From Squalus acanthias (Eukaryota), in the NCBI GenBank assembly GCA_030390025.1, contig JASTWF010000810.1:62001-126000 (forward strand): DNA of 64,000 bases, read 5' to 3'. This document shows positions 36,668 through 50,522 of the stretch, in pieces. Position 1 is the first letter of the stretch; every line of letters begins with the position of its first letter. The position numbers and the translations under genes are program-made. The notes beneath the pieces are model-generated. The model did no database searches, was not told the DNA's origin, and saw only the letters and a program-made list of their open reading frames with translations.

Positions 36668-38110
36668 ATAGAAACATAGAAACATAGAATCTAGGAGCAG
36701 GAGTAGGCCATTCGGCCCGTCGAGCCTGCACCACCATTCAATACGATCATGGCTGATCATTCAAATCCAGTACCCTGTCCCTGCTTTAATCCCCACAGTA
36801 CACATACCCCACCCGACCCCCGTAACACCACGTATTTAATTCCCCCTAACATATCCCATCCTATCCCCATAACCCCACATATTTAATCCCCCCCTAACAC
36901 TAAGGGTCAATTTATCATAGCCAAATCAACCTAACCCACACATTTTTGGACACTCGATCCCAAAACCCCTTAATTCCCCATCAGTCTAAAAATAGATCTC
37001 TCCCTTAAATATACTCAACGGGCAGAATTTTCATTGAGCCGTGGAGGCGTGTTTGGAGGCGGGACTGGATTGAAAATAGCTGAATCGGGGGTCCCGACCC
37101 CATCCCGCCCCCAACCCGCCTCCATGCCAGTTTCGCTGGAGGCGGGTACCCGACCTGTGCTGCGACCCGCCTCCCCGAGGCGGGAAGGGGCTTAGTGGCA
37201 ATAAACTTCCTGTTAACAGATAGTTAACAGGCAGTTTTTTGCCTAATCCCTATTTTAATGCCTGAAATGTGGGCTCTCCGACAGGTCCCAACCACGCCGC
37301 TTCAGCGAGGCGGACCGTGGGTCTGCAGGTGTTGGAGCGGTCGATATGTCCGGTGGGCAGGTGAGTGATGGGTGCATGTGTGCAGAGGTAAGTGTGTAAG
37401 ATTAGTGTAAAGTGTGGAAAAAAGTTTTACTTACCTTAACTTCCTCCTGCAGGTGTCAGCCCTTCAGGTCTGGGAGTCAGAAATCTCACCGGCACAGAAA
37501 GCAGAATGGCCGTTGAGCTGTCAAAAGCTGCAGCCTCTGCTTTTTGTTCTGCAGAGATCTCTAAATCAGCCTGAGATGAAGGAATTAACTTAGAGTGCAG
37601 ATTGTCAGTGTTTGACAGCTTCAAAGAGCTGTCAAACGCTGATAATTCATCTGTCAAAAGCTGAAATGTCAATCTGTGACATCACCTGTTGCCGGGTGGC
37701 CCTTAATTGGCCTGCTGAGCTCACTGGGCGGGCTCAACAAGGTCAATCAAGTGAAAATACAGTGGGTTGGCCACAAGTCGATGGAGGCGGGACTACAACC
37801 CAAAAAGTGGGAGACCCGCCTCCATCATGTCCCCAGTTTCAAAATCCAGCCTATGCACTCAGCTTCCACAGTCCTTTGGGGTAGAGAATTCTAAAGATTC
37901 ACAACCCTGTGAGTGAAGAAATTGCCCTTCATCTGAGTCTTAAATGGCCGACCCCTTATCCTGAGACTATGCCCCCTAGTTCTAGGCTCTCCAACCAGGG
38001 GAAACAACCTCTCAACATCTACCCTGTCAATCCACCTCAGAATCTTATATGTTTCAATGAGAGCACCTCTCATTCTTCTGAACTCGAGAGTATAGGCCCA
38101 ATCTACTCAA
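36668..38110 (-). mobile_element. CR1 3' fragment with nested SINE tail (~36800-36950) and Harbinger-type MITE (~37020-37851)
   Basis: (catagaaa)n tail; RGALIETYKIL...FFTHRVVNL remnant; MITE ends gggcagaatttt / aaaatccagcct interrupt collinear CR1 sequence. Confidence 0.8.
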
Positions 38111-38689
38111 TCGAGCACTGCAAATGACCTCAGTGTCATTGCGAACCAGTATGTGTTGTTTTCTCTTAGAGGAGAAAAGTTGGACTAAGATTCCTGCTTC
38201 CGATCACTGTCCAGTGACCCCTGTTAGAAGTGTACTGTGTATCCCCACAGTCGAACAGCCGTTTAGAATCACTTTCCCAGCCACATGAAGAATGGCCACA
38301 TGAACAAAGTACCGAAAGACTGGCAGCACCTGTGGTACTAAACTTCAACATGCGGCAGTGCCTTTAGGTGAGGAAGGGGACAGAGGAAGGACTGCAGGGG
38401 CAAATTAGGGCAAAAATAAAACATTTCTCAGTCAAGGACATTTTTCTCAGATGCTGGATTATCAGTTCAACTCATTTGCTGTTGGCCTTTATAAAGTTTG
38501 TTCAGTTCTTAGTTAAAATATACGAGATCTGTGTTGTATAGTGGAGGTTTCTGGACTGAGTTGACAGGGACTATTCTTTCAGTTCTCAGGTATGACATAG
38601 CCAAGCTTTCTTTTTTAAAATAAAATCAGTCATTTGGAGCTAATAAAGCTCTTTACGAAAGGTTACTAATTAAACGGATAGCTGTGAGG

Positions 38690-39845
38690 ATTCCAGGCAA
38701 AACTTAGGTATGAAAAGGAAATTGCTTAAAGGGTAGAAACAACACAGACTGGTTGGAGGTGTAATGTTGGAAGGAAGTGGGGTGAGTACTGAGTTGGGGG
38801 CCCCAGTGCTCAGTTTTGGACCACTGCTGTCTCTCTTTTACATCAATGACTTGGGTTCAGAAACTCAATGAAAATTGGTCAGATTTGCAGATGATACCAA
38901 ACTAAGAAAGGAATCGAAAAACGTGTGACATGAATGATGTTGAAATAGCTAAAGGTGACATCCTCCATGAATGGTGTTGAAGTAGCTTAGCATGAGGTCC
39001 TCCATGAATGGTGTTGAAATGGCTGAGGATAAGGTTGAATCCGACTGGACTCAATGTTTAATAAATCCAACTAATGAAGAGTAGCGATCGACAGAGCCAA
39101 TAGAATGTTGAACTACATCGTCAAAACAGCAGAATACAGGTCAGAGAAAGTTGTGATCAAACTGTGCAGTGCTTTAGTCAGGACACATCTTGAGCACTAT
39201 GTCCAGTTCTAGTAGCTGAGAAGTAAGGGAGACATACAAGCACTGGAATCATAGATTCACAGAATGGTTACAGCACAGAAGGAGGCCTTTCGGCCGGTCG
39301 AGCTCGTGCCAGCTCTCTGCAAGAGCACTTCAGCTAGTCCCACTCCCCCGCCCTTTCCCCATAGCCCTGCAAATGTTTTTACCTTCAGGTACTTATCCGA
39401 TTCCCTTTTGAAAGCCATGATTGAGTCTGCCTCCACCACACTTTCAGGCAGTGCATTCCAGATTTTAACCACTCGCTGCGTAAAAATGTTTTTCCTCATG
39501 TCGCCTTTGGTTCTTCTGCCAATCACCTTAAATCTCTGTCCTCTGGTTCTTGACCCTTCCAAATATGGGAACAGTTTTTTTCTATTTTCTCTGTCCAGAC
39601 CCCTCATGATTTTGAACAACTCAATCAAATCTCCTCTCAACCTTCTCTGCTCTTAGGAAAACAACCCCAGCTTCTGTAGTCTATCCACATAACTGAAGTC
39701 CCTCATCCCTAGAATCATTCTCGTGAATCTTTTCTGCACCCTCTGTAAGGCCTTCACATGGAAGTAGTGCAGAGAAGCGCCACAAGGCTAAACCCCAGTG
39801 TCAGGGTCTGAATTATATGGAAAAACCGGAGAGACTCGGGCTGCA
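38690..39845. mobile_element. Old CR1 (+) with a nested CR1 3' fragment (-, 39248-39760)
   Basis: FADDTKL remnant on +; RGDLIELFKIM...FTQRVVKIWNALP on -. Confidence 0.8.
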
Positions 39846-39850
39846 CACTT

Positions 39851-42780
39851 GGGTAGAAATTGGTGGGCAGTTTGCCTGGTTTTTGGGCCTTGAGCGGATG
39901 CAACATTGCTGGACACGAGGTCCTGCATCCATGCCACCATATTGGTCCTCATTGTTTTTAGGCGTCCCTGACAGCTACCGTAAATAAGCGTTGGATCAAT
40001 TGAAATATGCAAAGAAGGGTCCTGGTTCAGGGTCCCGACCCGCTATGAAAAAAAAATACTTTCCCACCCGACCTGTGTTCAGTTGGCGTCTGAGAAATGA
40101 AAAGGGGAGAAACTCGTGTTAGCCAGTAATGTTAATGGCCGCTGAAAAAGACAAAAGGCAATGGGACAAAATCCATCAAGGGGACGGAGATTGTTGGCAC
40201 AGCGTTTACCTTCCCAGTGGCGTTGCTGGAGGCATCCGACCCGCAGTTCCTGTGCAGGTGCGGAGTTCAAGCTTCGCACAGCCTCTGGAAGCGAGGCTGT
40301 GGAGCTCACAATGAATTGTGGGCAAAGAAAAGACCCGTGAATTAAAGGGGCCATGCTTTCTGAAGTAATGCAAATTAAAATCCAGTGAAACAATGCAGTC
40401 TTCACCCCTTTCTGCCTTTCAAAAAAAGGAACATTAAAAAGTCCCAAATGTGAATACTCAGCTATTAAAGTGAATTCCCTTCCAACCTCAAAAAATGGGT
40501 AAAGTGCTTCAGCACGAACACAAATGGCTCAGCAAGCCAGGGAAGGGGCACCCAGGGTCTCTCACGCAGCACTCCAGCTTTGTGCAGGTGGTCAACACTG
40601 CAAGAGAGGCCCTCTACCCACAGGGGCCAAGAGGCCCTCCAGAAAGAACGATGTGGAAGTACATCACCGAGGCCGTCACTACCAGCAGTGTTGCCCCACC
40701 ACCTGGCTCCAGTGCCCAAAGAAGCTTCATGACCTCAGACCACTGGTCAAGGTCAGTAAATGCATCTTCAAAAGCTGTCTCCTACCAACTGCACCACCAG
40801 CCTCACACACTGCTCAATGCATGACCTCCAATCACTCACCTACCAACAATCTGCGCCAATCATGAGGCACATCTCCCAATCCTAGCCTCACCTCAATCCC
40901 TTGGAGGAGATGGTGAAGCCTATTCCTGGCAGGGGCATGGTTGAGCCCTTGGCCAACAGCAGGGCTGAAAAGATACAAGATGCTGGTATCCTCATACGTT
41001 ATCCTCCCTCAGGCATGCACCTCATGCTTTCCCGCCCTCCAGTCACCACAACGCCACCCATGTGCCTTCCTCATTTCACACACCCAAGAAATGCAGCCTG
41101 CCCAGCCAGTGGGTGCCCAAGAAGAGGGAGTGGAGAGTGAAGAAGAACAAGAAGAGGAAGATTGATTTGACACTCCCAGCCAGTAAGGCCATTTGCGGTG
41201 TCCCCGACTGAAAGTCAGCAGCCTTCCACCAGCCATGCTGCAGCCACTGGGGTAGCGCTGCGTGACATCAGTAGGACAGGCAAAGGCACACACAAGACAG
41301 TCACTAAGAGAATGCATATGGGTGATGAGTTGCTTTCTTGATGTCACATTGGATGGATAGATGGATATAGTTGGATTGGAAAGTTTGCTTTGTGGTGGCT
41401 TTTATTTCAGTATCGTGGCCAAGAGGACATTGTGATGGTCAGTAACAGATGGAAGCATGATGAGGTGAGAATTCCAGTAGATTAGTCAAGCATGATTTAC
41501 CTTTTGTAAATCCATGTTGACTTTGTCCAATCCTGTCACTGTTTTCCAAGTGCTCTGCCATTACATCTTTTATAATGGACTCTAGCATTTCCCCATTACC
41601 GATGTCAGGCTTACCGGTCTATAATTCCCCGTTTTGTCTCCACTACCTTTTTTAAATAGTGGGGTTACATTAGCTACCCTCCAATCCATGGGAACTGTTC
41701 CAGAGTCTATAGAATTTTGGAAGATGACCAGCAATCACAGAATCACAGAATCACAGAATCCCCACAGTGCAGATAGAGGCCATTTCGGCCCATCGAGCCT
41801 GCACCGACACATATCCCACCCTATCCCCGTAACCCCACGTATTTAATACCCCCTAACACTAAGGGTCAATTTATCATAGCCAAATCAACGTAACCCGCAC
41901 ATCTTTGGACTGTGGGAGGAAACCGGAGCACCCGGAGGAAACCCACGCAGACACGGGGAGAATGTGCAAACTCCACACAGACAGTCACCCGAGGCCGGAT
42001 TCGAACCAGGGTAATGCATCTACTATTTCTAGGGCCACTTCCTTAAGTACCCTAGGATGTAGATTATCAGGCCCTGGGGATTTATCGGCCTTCAATTCCA
42101 TCAATTTCCCTAACACCATTTCCCTACAAATACCGATTTCATTCAGTTCCTCCCTCTCATTAGACCCTATGTTCCCCGACATCTCTGGGAGGTTATTTGT
42201 GTCCTCCTTTGTGAAGACAGAACCAAAGTATGTATTTAAGTGGTCTGCCATTTCTTTGTTCCCCATTATAATTTCCCCTAATTCTGACTGATGAGGTGTT
42301 CAATAAGGTGGAGAAGCACAGCACTTACTCTTTTTAGGTGAAGCCCTCAGAGAATTTCCAGAATGAATGTTGCTCGAGTGTTGCTGAAATCTTGACAAAG
42401 TGTTCCAGAAAGTCTGCTGATGCGTTTCAGAGGTCCTCTTCACAACTCCAGCAGCAGGTGAACATGAAATGGTGAGAATGCCTTTAGGTAGTGAGCATCC
42501 CTTTAAGCAGCGTTTGAAATCGACATCAACGCCATGCTTAATCCCAAACAGCTAGTCGCTGTTAAGAGAGGGTGTTAGTTGAAGTACGAGCCATCAAACT
42601 GCTGTGCAGCCTCTTTAATGAGCGCTAGCAGGCATTTTAAGTGCAATCAGCAGTTTAATAAGCGACCGTTCCTAGTGCTGGTTTCAACTCCTTTACCAAG
42701 ATGGCGTTTCAGCTCAAGACCCCATTTTGGCCACCACGTTACCTCTTTAGCGCCTAAAGTATTTGGGGAAAATTGCCTCC
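39851..42780. mobile_element. Degenerate Harbinger element with nested CR1 fragment (-, 41470-42290)
   Basis: gggtagaaatt-type end, Myb/SANT-like remnant (LYPQG..RPP..MWKYITEAV..CPKKLHDL) and acidic stretch. The CR1 piece matches the intact copy. Confidence 0.65.
41734..42011 (-). mobile_element. 5'-truncated V-SINE (HE1-like) inserted in a CR1 fragment
   Basis: V-domain ggaggaaaccggagcacccggaggaaacccacgcagacacggggagaa, B box and (cacagaat)n tail. Confidence 0.85.
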
Positions 42781-43580
42781 ACGGTATCCAGTTTGCATGT
42801 CAAGGAGTATGGATTGTTGCATCCCCTGGGTTATACTAATGTATAGAGAGATATTGGACAGTTTGAGTCAGCGTAAGCAATTATGGGACTGACTGACATT
42901 ACTAAACACAAGAACATATCTGCAGCAGGCCTGAAATTGTAACAACCACATAAGATAGAAAATTGCAGAACCTGCAACAGATGCACACAGGAAAATGAAA
43001 AAGGAACCATACTGCAGGTAAACAGATGAAATGGACAACTAGCTTGGAAGAAGGAAAAAGAAGTGATCAGAACTGATTGTTTAGGCAAATCTATAGAATT
43101 AAAAGTCTTGGCCTAGAAATTCGATCAACAGCCCAGTATCAAAAAAAGGGTCCTTGTATGTTCTGTATGTGGAGTAGTGTGGCAGAATTAACCATCACCC
43201 AATTATGGCTCATAGTTAATTGGAGATCACTTCAGATGCCCACCATATTTTTATGCCTTTTTTGAAAGTAATTTAAGGAACAATTAGATGCCATGATAGG
43301 GGAGACTGCAGAATTGTTCTGGAAAAATGAACTAAGATGGGCCCATTGTCCTTTCTTTTATGTATTTATCGTGTAATCTTCAGAATCTGAGGAATTTTAC
43401 TCGTTCATTCCATCGTCAGCTAATCTGCATATTCTTACATTTTAAGTTGTTTTTGATGCCTGATGGTAATTGAAACCACAATCCTGTTTTGCGGGTTGAA
43501 ATGCAAGCTCTTCATGACCTTGCAAAGACCCTATAATTTGATTATATGTTGATTCCATTTGTGATCTGCAAAATATATAA

Positions 43581-45450
43581 AGGGCGATAAATTCGGTTGC
43601 ATAGCGCCCGTTGTTTGGGCGCTACGGGTGCTGATTTGGCTCGAAAATGGTGTCCGAGCAGCGTGCGTGCACTTCTGGTGCGGGCCACATCGGACACCAT
43701 TTTACTGAGAGCGTTAGCGTCGGCGTGCGCTGGAAGTAGACAGAGTACGCAAATTGGGACGTCAATCAGTGTGTAACGCTGATTTGATGCCAGCGCTACC
43801 ATTTTCGACGGCAATGGCAGAGCTAAAGCCCTCTCTTCACCTCGCACAGCTGGACATGCGCTCAGCACCAGGAAGGAAACCCACCAACGATATTTAAAGG
43901 GATTATTACCTACTTACAGGTTAGTTGCTGATTGATTTCTACTAGCTGTTGCTGAGTTTGTCGGAGTACTTGATGCTTTCCAGACTTCTTTAAAGTTGCC
44001 AAACTCTACAAGGCATGGTGTGGCCTGTGCTCAAGGACTTGGTCTGACTTGCAAAGGAGTCTGCTCAGACAGTCGCTCCCAGAAACGGGTGCAATGTTTA
44101 ATATCCCCCTTGGCCTGCAGCATGACAGGGAGAATGAACAGAGGCAACACAGAGCAGGACAAGCTGCTAGAAGAGGCAGGAGGAGGAGGGGGAGAAGAGC
44201 AGGCCGCCATATCCACCCAGGGCCTTCAGGGAACAATTCTCCTCCCTCAGTCTCAGCGAGGAACAGTTTGTGCGACGTTTCCTTTTTACTGAGGAGGTGC
44301 TCAGAGAAATCTGCCACTAGCTGCAGGCAGACCTGCGGCCTCAGTCCAGGGCGAGGACAGCATTGCCAGTGGCTGTAAAGGGGTCCGTGGCCTTGAAATT
44401 CTTCATGTCGGGATCCTTCCAGGCTGGAACAGGCGACATCTGTAACATCTCCCAGTTCACCGTCCAGTTCTGTATAAGAGAGATGAGTGAGGCTCTGTAT
44501 TCAAAGAGAGCTGAATACATTTCATTCTCTCTTGCCAGAGAAAAGCAGGCTTAGCCAGGATAGCAGGCTTCCCCATGGTGCAGGGCGCCATTGACTGCAC
44601 ACACATCGCTTTGCGAGAGCCGCATCTCAACTCGGAGATGTTCCACAACCGGAAGGGATTCCACTCCCTCAATGTCCAGCTGGTGTGCGACATACTCAGC
44701 GCATCATGCAAGCCAATGCTCGGTATCCTGGCAGCAGCCATGATGCCTTCATTCTGCGGCAGTCCGCTGTACTGTCAGCATTTGAGTCACCACGACAAAC
44801 CAGAGGGTGACTACTGGGTGACAAGGGCTATCCACTGACCATCTGGCTCATGACTCTGCCACGCAGCCCACGCACATGTGGGCAGCATGCATGTAACAAA
44901 AGCCATGCTGCCACACGGAATGTGATAGAGCAGACCACTGGCACCCTTAAACAACGTTTCCACTGCCTGGACCACTCTGGAGGATCCCTGCAGTGCTCTC
45001 TAGAGCACATCAAGATTCGTCGTGCTCTGCTGCATGCTCCACAACCTTGCCATCATGAGGGCAGAGCCCTTGCCACCAGGCAGACGCCGACCAGCTGAGG
45101 AAGAGCAGGAAGAGGAAGAGGAGGAATGCTGCAATATAAGCCACCACAAAACAAACATTCCAAACACATTTTATGAATAAAACCATGACAATATTTCATT
45201 CAAAAGTCAACTAATCACTCTTGTGCATTCCCTTAAGTGCCTGTCTTCAGTGTGTCTTTGCCTGTCCTAGTGCTCCTACGCAGTGCTACCCCAGTAACTG
45301 CAGCGTGGCTGGTGGAAGGCTGCTGACTTTCAGTGGAGGAGACTGCAGATGGCGTTACAGGATGACCTCAAGCAGCTCTGGGCCTAGTAGCGTGAAACGG
45401 TGATAGCGAATCGGCAGCCCGTTTTGCACTGCGATCGATTTGCTTTTCAA
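43581..45450 (+). mobile_element. Degenerate Harbinger transposon with transposase remnant (~44120-45130)
   Basis: VALKFFMSGSFQ, VQGAIDCTHIAL...NRKGFHSLNVQLVCD and HAATRNVIEQTTGTLKQRFHCLD. Confidence 0.88.
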
Positions 45451-46009
45451 TGGACTTCTATTTCACGTCCCCTGCCTCTAGCAACACTGGTTACTGACTT
45501 TCTAAGATTGAATTTGGCATTTTCTGATTTGTTGCTGAATCTGTGGGGGGTAATTTTAACCCCCAAAAAAGGGTTTTTGTGTCGGATGGGAAGTAAAAAT
45601 TTTAAAATCTGAAACACGAACCCAACCCGCCTCGAATCCACTCACTACCGGTTTTAACAGAGGCAGGATGAGGGGCAGGTGACCAATCCGCTCTCAGGAG
45701 ACAGGTCGGTCGTTGAAACCTTTTAAGGAAGCTACGAGCTTCCATTTTAACAGGATTTCTATTTTGAACCACAATCAGCCGGGTTTCCTGTGAGCGTCGC
45801 AGCGGCCCTCAGGTAAGTGAGGACTGGCTAAGGGTGATCGGTGCCATGGGTGGGGGTTGGGGAGGTGGAGAAATCAGAGTGCGCGATGGAGGGAGATCAG
45901 AGACCGGGGTGGTGGATAGATCATGGGCTGGGGGGATATAAGGAAAGAGATCGCGGGTCAGGCTATAAAGATTGGGCTGAGGGCGCTAAAGATCAGGTCG
46001 GGAGTAGCG

Positions 46010-46735
46010 ATCAGACTGGGGGTAGAGATCAGGCTGGGGGTAGAGGTCAGACTGGGGGTAGAGATCAGGCTGGGGGTAGAGGTCAGACTGGGGGTAGAGA
46101 TCAGGCTGGGGGTAGAGATCAGGCTGGGGGTAGAGATCAGGCTGGGAGTAGAGGTCAGGCTGGGGGTAGAGATCAGGCTGGGTGTAGAGGTCAGGCTGGG
46201 GGTAGAGATCAGGCTGGGGGTAGAGGTCAGGCTGGGGGTAGTGGTCAGGCTGGGGGTAGAGATCAGACTCGGGGTAGAGATCAGACTGGGGGTAGAGATC
46301 AGACTCGGGGTAGAGGTCAGACTGGGGGTAGAGGTCAGGCTGGGGGTAGAGGTCAGGCTGGGGGTAGAGATCAGGATGGGGGTAGAGGTCAGGCTGGGAG
46401 TAGAGATCAGGCTTGGGGTCGAGGTCAGGCTGGGGGTAGAGATCAGACTGGGGGTAGAGGTCAGGCTGGGGGTAGAGATCAGGCTGGGGGTAGAGATCAG
46501 ACTGGGGTAGAAGTCAGGCTGGGGGTAGAGATCAGGCTGGGGTAGAGATCATGCTGGGGGTAGAGATCAGGTTGGGGGTAGAGATCAGACTGGGGGTAGA
46601 GGTCAGGCTGGGGGTAGAGGTCAGGCTGGGGGTAGAGGTCAGGCTGGGGGTAGAGATCAGGCTGGGGGTAGAGGTCAGGCTGGGGGTAGAGGTCAGGCTG
46701 GGGGTAGAGTTCAGGCTGGGTGCAGAGATCTGTCT
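46010..46735. repeat. 18-bp minisatellite (GGCTGGGGGTAGAGRTCA)n, ~40 copies
   Basis: Directly visible tandem array. Confidence 0.97.
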
Positions 46736-47529
46736 GGGGGCGGTGATTGCATTGGCAAAGCAAGTTACTTACATCAGATTTACAGCCACAGTGTATGTTT
46801 TTCACTACTTGGTTTTATTTTGTAAGTTCCTGACTGCAGAATAGCATGCACGGTACACAGAAATTAACTTCTAATCTTCTTCCTCAATGCAATAGAAACC
46901 AATTTACCTGCAAGTGAGGAAGAATGTTCTTGTTATTTTCTGCTTCTACTGCCTGTTGTTGTTGTTGTTGTGCTATTCTTTAACTATCTGTGAAAGAGAA
47001 AGCTGTGTGCTTTGTCCAGCCATACCTCAAAAAGCAAAAAAATACACAATACAATTAGTCTGTGTCAATTACGTTAGCTCAGCTAAATTCTGCATAAATG
47101 GACTTGGCACACTGCATTGGTGAATAAGATATAAAGAGGTGAAATTTCCTCGTCATTTTTAGTGCATTAGCGGTGTTTAAACGGTATAGGGAATTTTTTT
47201 AGCGAGGAAATTGGGGTGGGAGACGTTGCTGCCACTTTTGCGCCTTTAAAATGCGACCGCCTGAATTTCCTTTTGGTTTTTGCGTCTTCCTGCGACTTGC
47301 CTGCCGAGTCCCGAGTAGCTTTATTTTCATTTGTCAGTGTAAGGGCCGTGGAGTAGCAGCTGCGAGCTTCCTGGGTTTGCACTAGGAATGCACTCTGGGT
47401 AACTTAGACTGAGATTGATGAGGCAGCGCTGCTCCCAGGATCACCTGATGTCGGGAGAAGTGAGGAGAGCCTGACAAAGGAAAGAGTGGAGATTTCGGGT
47501 AGTAAGAGGCGGGGTGGCGCCGATTAGGG

Positions 47530-48620
47530 GCCAATCTTCTCTAGATGTGGGGGAGGTGCCTGAGGATTGGAAAATGGCAAATGTGACACCATTGTTCAAG
47601 AAAGGGTGTAAGGACAATCCTAGTAACTACAGGCCGGTCAGTTTAACATCAGTGGTGGGTAAAGTTTTAAAAACAATAATCAAGGAAAAAATTATAAGGC
47701 ACATGGAGAAGGTTAAGCTAATTAAGGAGAGACAACACGGATTTGTAAAAGGCAGATCATGTTTGACTAATCTAATTGAATTTTTTGATGAAGTAACAGG
47801 GAGGATTGATGAAGGGAATGCAATGGATGTTGTCTACATGGATTTTAGGAAGGCGTTTGACAAAGTACCACATAGAAGGCAGGTTAACAAAATTGAGGCT
47901 CGTGGAATAGGTGGTTCAGTGGCAGCTTGGATAAGGAATTGGCTTAAGGACAGAAAACAGCAATTTGTGGTAAATGGCTGTTTTTCAGACTGAAGGATGG
48001 TAGACAGTGGTGTTCGACAGAAGTTATGCTGAAACTTTATAAAGCACTGGCTAGGTCACAACTGGAGAATTGCGTCCAGTTCTGGTCACCACACTTTAGG
48101 AAGGATGTGAAGGCCCTTGAGAGGGTGCAGAGGAGATTTACCAGAATGGTTCTGGGAATGGGGGATCTCAGTTACAAGGACAGGTTGGAGAAGCTGGATT
48201 CGTTTTCATTAGAGCAAAGGAGGTTGAGGGGTGATTTGATAGAGGTGTACAAGGTTATGACGGGTTTGGATAGGCTAGACGGGGAAAGGCTGTTCCCACT
48301 AGTTGATGGTACAAGGACTAGGGGACACAGATTTAAGGTTTTGGGCAAGAGATACAGGGGGGATGTGAGGAAAAACTTTTTTTACGCAGCGAGTTGTGCG
48401 GACCTGGAACTCGCTGCCAACAGAAGTGGTGGAAGCGGAGAAACTCCAATGTTTTCAAGGGGAGACTGGATAAGCACTTGAAGGAAATAAACTTGCAGGG
48501 CTATGGGGATAGAGCGGGGGAATGGGACTGACTGGATTGCTCTACAGAGAGCCGGCACGGACTCGATGGGCCGAATGGCCTCCTTCTGTGCCGTTATGAC
48601 TCTATGCCGTTATGACTCTA
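47530..48620 (+). mobile_element. Internally deleted CR1 fragment
   Basis: NYRPVSLTS, DFRKAFDKVPH and LENCVQFW motifs. Confidence 0.88.
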
Positions 48621-49259
48621 TGCTTTTTAGCGCATATTTTGCATATTTTGCCATCTGCCTACAAACACCTGGACTAGCTTCTCACAGGGACAGACCACTG
48701 GCAGATGTCCGGACCTTCTTCCACCCACTACTTTTTAATAAATGGACATTCCTTCAAACCACGACCCAACATACCACATGACAACACATCAGCCCTCTTT
48801 GCCCCTACATGATCCTGCCAATCATCATCATCATCTGACTGAAGTCTTCAGCACCACATAATTGCAGCCTTTGCTATATGTCTCGAACCTCCATCAATAA
48901 CAAAGAGTCATGTCAGTGCACATTCTCTTTCATTACAGTGAATTGCAAAGTGCACAGAATCAACCTACTTAACATTGTGCTTCTCCAGGGTGCTGACATG
49001 TGCCTTTGAAACTTTGATCCTGCACTCCTTCTAGGTGCCACCTGAAGGCCGGGATTGCAGAGGGTTATTGCCTCTTCATTACGAAAACAACATGGGATTG
49101 AGGTGTCCCTTGTCTCATGGCAACTTGTTCCCGGCAGGGAAGCATTGTTGACGGCATTTCTGGTGAAAGCGCCTGATCAACCTGTTCCCGAATGTCTCCC
49201 ATGTTCAACTGGCCCAAATAAACACCCTTAATGAGCAGAGTAATTAAACCTCACTCAGA

Positions 49260-49687
49260 GTTGGGTGGGTGGTGTGATCTCCAGCCCGCACTCACTGTGT
49301 TGGGTGGGTAGTGTAATCTCCAGCCCACACTCACTGTGTTGGGTGGGTAGTGTAATCTCCAGCCCACACTCACTGTGTTGGGCAGGTAGTGTAAACTCCA
49401 GCCCGCACTCACTGTGTTGGGTGGGTAGTGTAAACTCCAGTCCGCACTCACTGTATTGGGTGGGTAGTGTAATCTCTAGCCCGCACTCACTGTGTTGGGT
49501 GGGTAGTGTAAACTCCAGTCCGCACTCACTGTATTGGGTGGGTAGTGTAATCTCTAGCCCGCACTCACTGTGTTGGGTGGGTAGTGTAATCTCCAGCCTG
49601 CACTAACTCACGGTGTTGGGTGGGTAGTGTAATCTCCAACCCGCATTCACTGTGTTCGGTGGGAAGTGTAATCTCCAGCCCGCACTC
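49260..49687. repeat. 39-bp minisatellite (TGTGTTGGGTGGGTAGTGTAATCTCCAGCCCGCACTCAC)n, ~11 copies
   Basis: Directly visible tandem array. Confidence 0.95.
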
Positions 49688-49689
49688 CT

Positions 49690-50522
49690 TCATGGCAAAT
49701 GGAATATAATGTGAAGAAAAGTGAAGTTATCCACTTTGGTCGGAAAAATTGAAAATCAGAGTATTTTTTAAATGGTGAGAGATTGGGAAATGTTGGTGTT
49801 CAGAGGGACCTGGGTGTCCTTGTACACGAATCACTGAAAGTTAATATGCAGGTACAGCAAGCAATTAGGAAAACAAATGGTATGTTAGCTTTTATTATAA
49901 GAGGATTTGAGTATTAGAGTAAAGACATCTTACTGCAATTATATAGGGATCAGATGAGACCACACCTGGAGTATTGTGTACAGTTTTGGTCTCCTTACCA
50001 AAGGAAGATTTCCTTGCCATGGAGGAAGTGCAATGAAGGTTCACCAGACTGATTCCTGGGATGGGGGGATTGTCCTCTGAGGACAGATTGAGTAGACTCG
50101 GCCTATATTATCCAGAGTTTAGAAGAATGAGAGGTGATCTCACTGAAACATACAAAATTCTTACAGGGCTTGACAGGGTAGATGCAGGGAGGATGTTTCC
50201 CCTGTCTGGGGAATCTAGAACCGAGGTGACAGTCTTAGAATAATGGGTCGGCCATTTAGGACTGAGATGAGTAGAAATTTCTTCACTCATAGAGTAGTGA
50301 GACTTTGGAATTCTCTACTCCAGGGGGCTGTGGAGGCTCAGTCATTGAGTAATTCAAGACAGTGATTGATAGATTTTTGAATATTAAGGAAATCAAGGGA
50401 TATGGGGATAGTGCAGGAAAGTGGAGATGAGGTAGAAGATCAGCCATGATCTTATTGAATGGCGGAGCAGGCTCGAAGGGCCAAATGGCCCACTCCTGCT
50501 CCTATTTCTTATGTTCTTATGT
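49690..50522 (+). mobile_element. CR1 3' fragment
   Basis: RRMRGDLTETYKIL, 3' stem-loop and (ttcttatg)n tail. Confidence 0.9.

Noticed and set aside
45841-46844. ORFs of 234, 195 and 102 aa (GGRDQA / LGVEIR / PQPDLY repeats)
   Set aside because: Open frames are by-products of a stop-free 18-bp minisatellite.
49260-49687. CRISPR-like array
   Set aside because: Contiguous tandem units with no unique spacers, in a vertebrate context.
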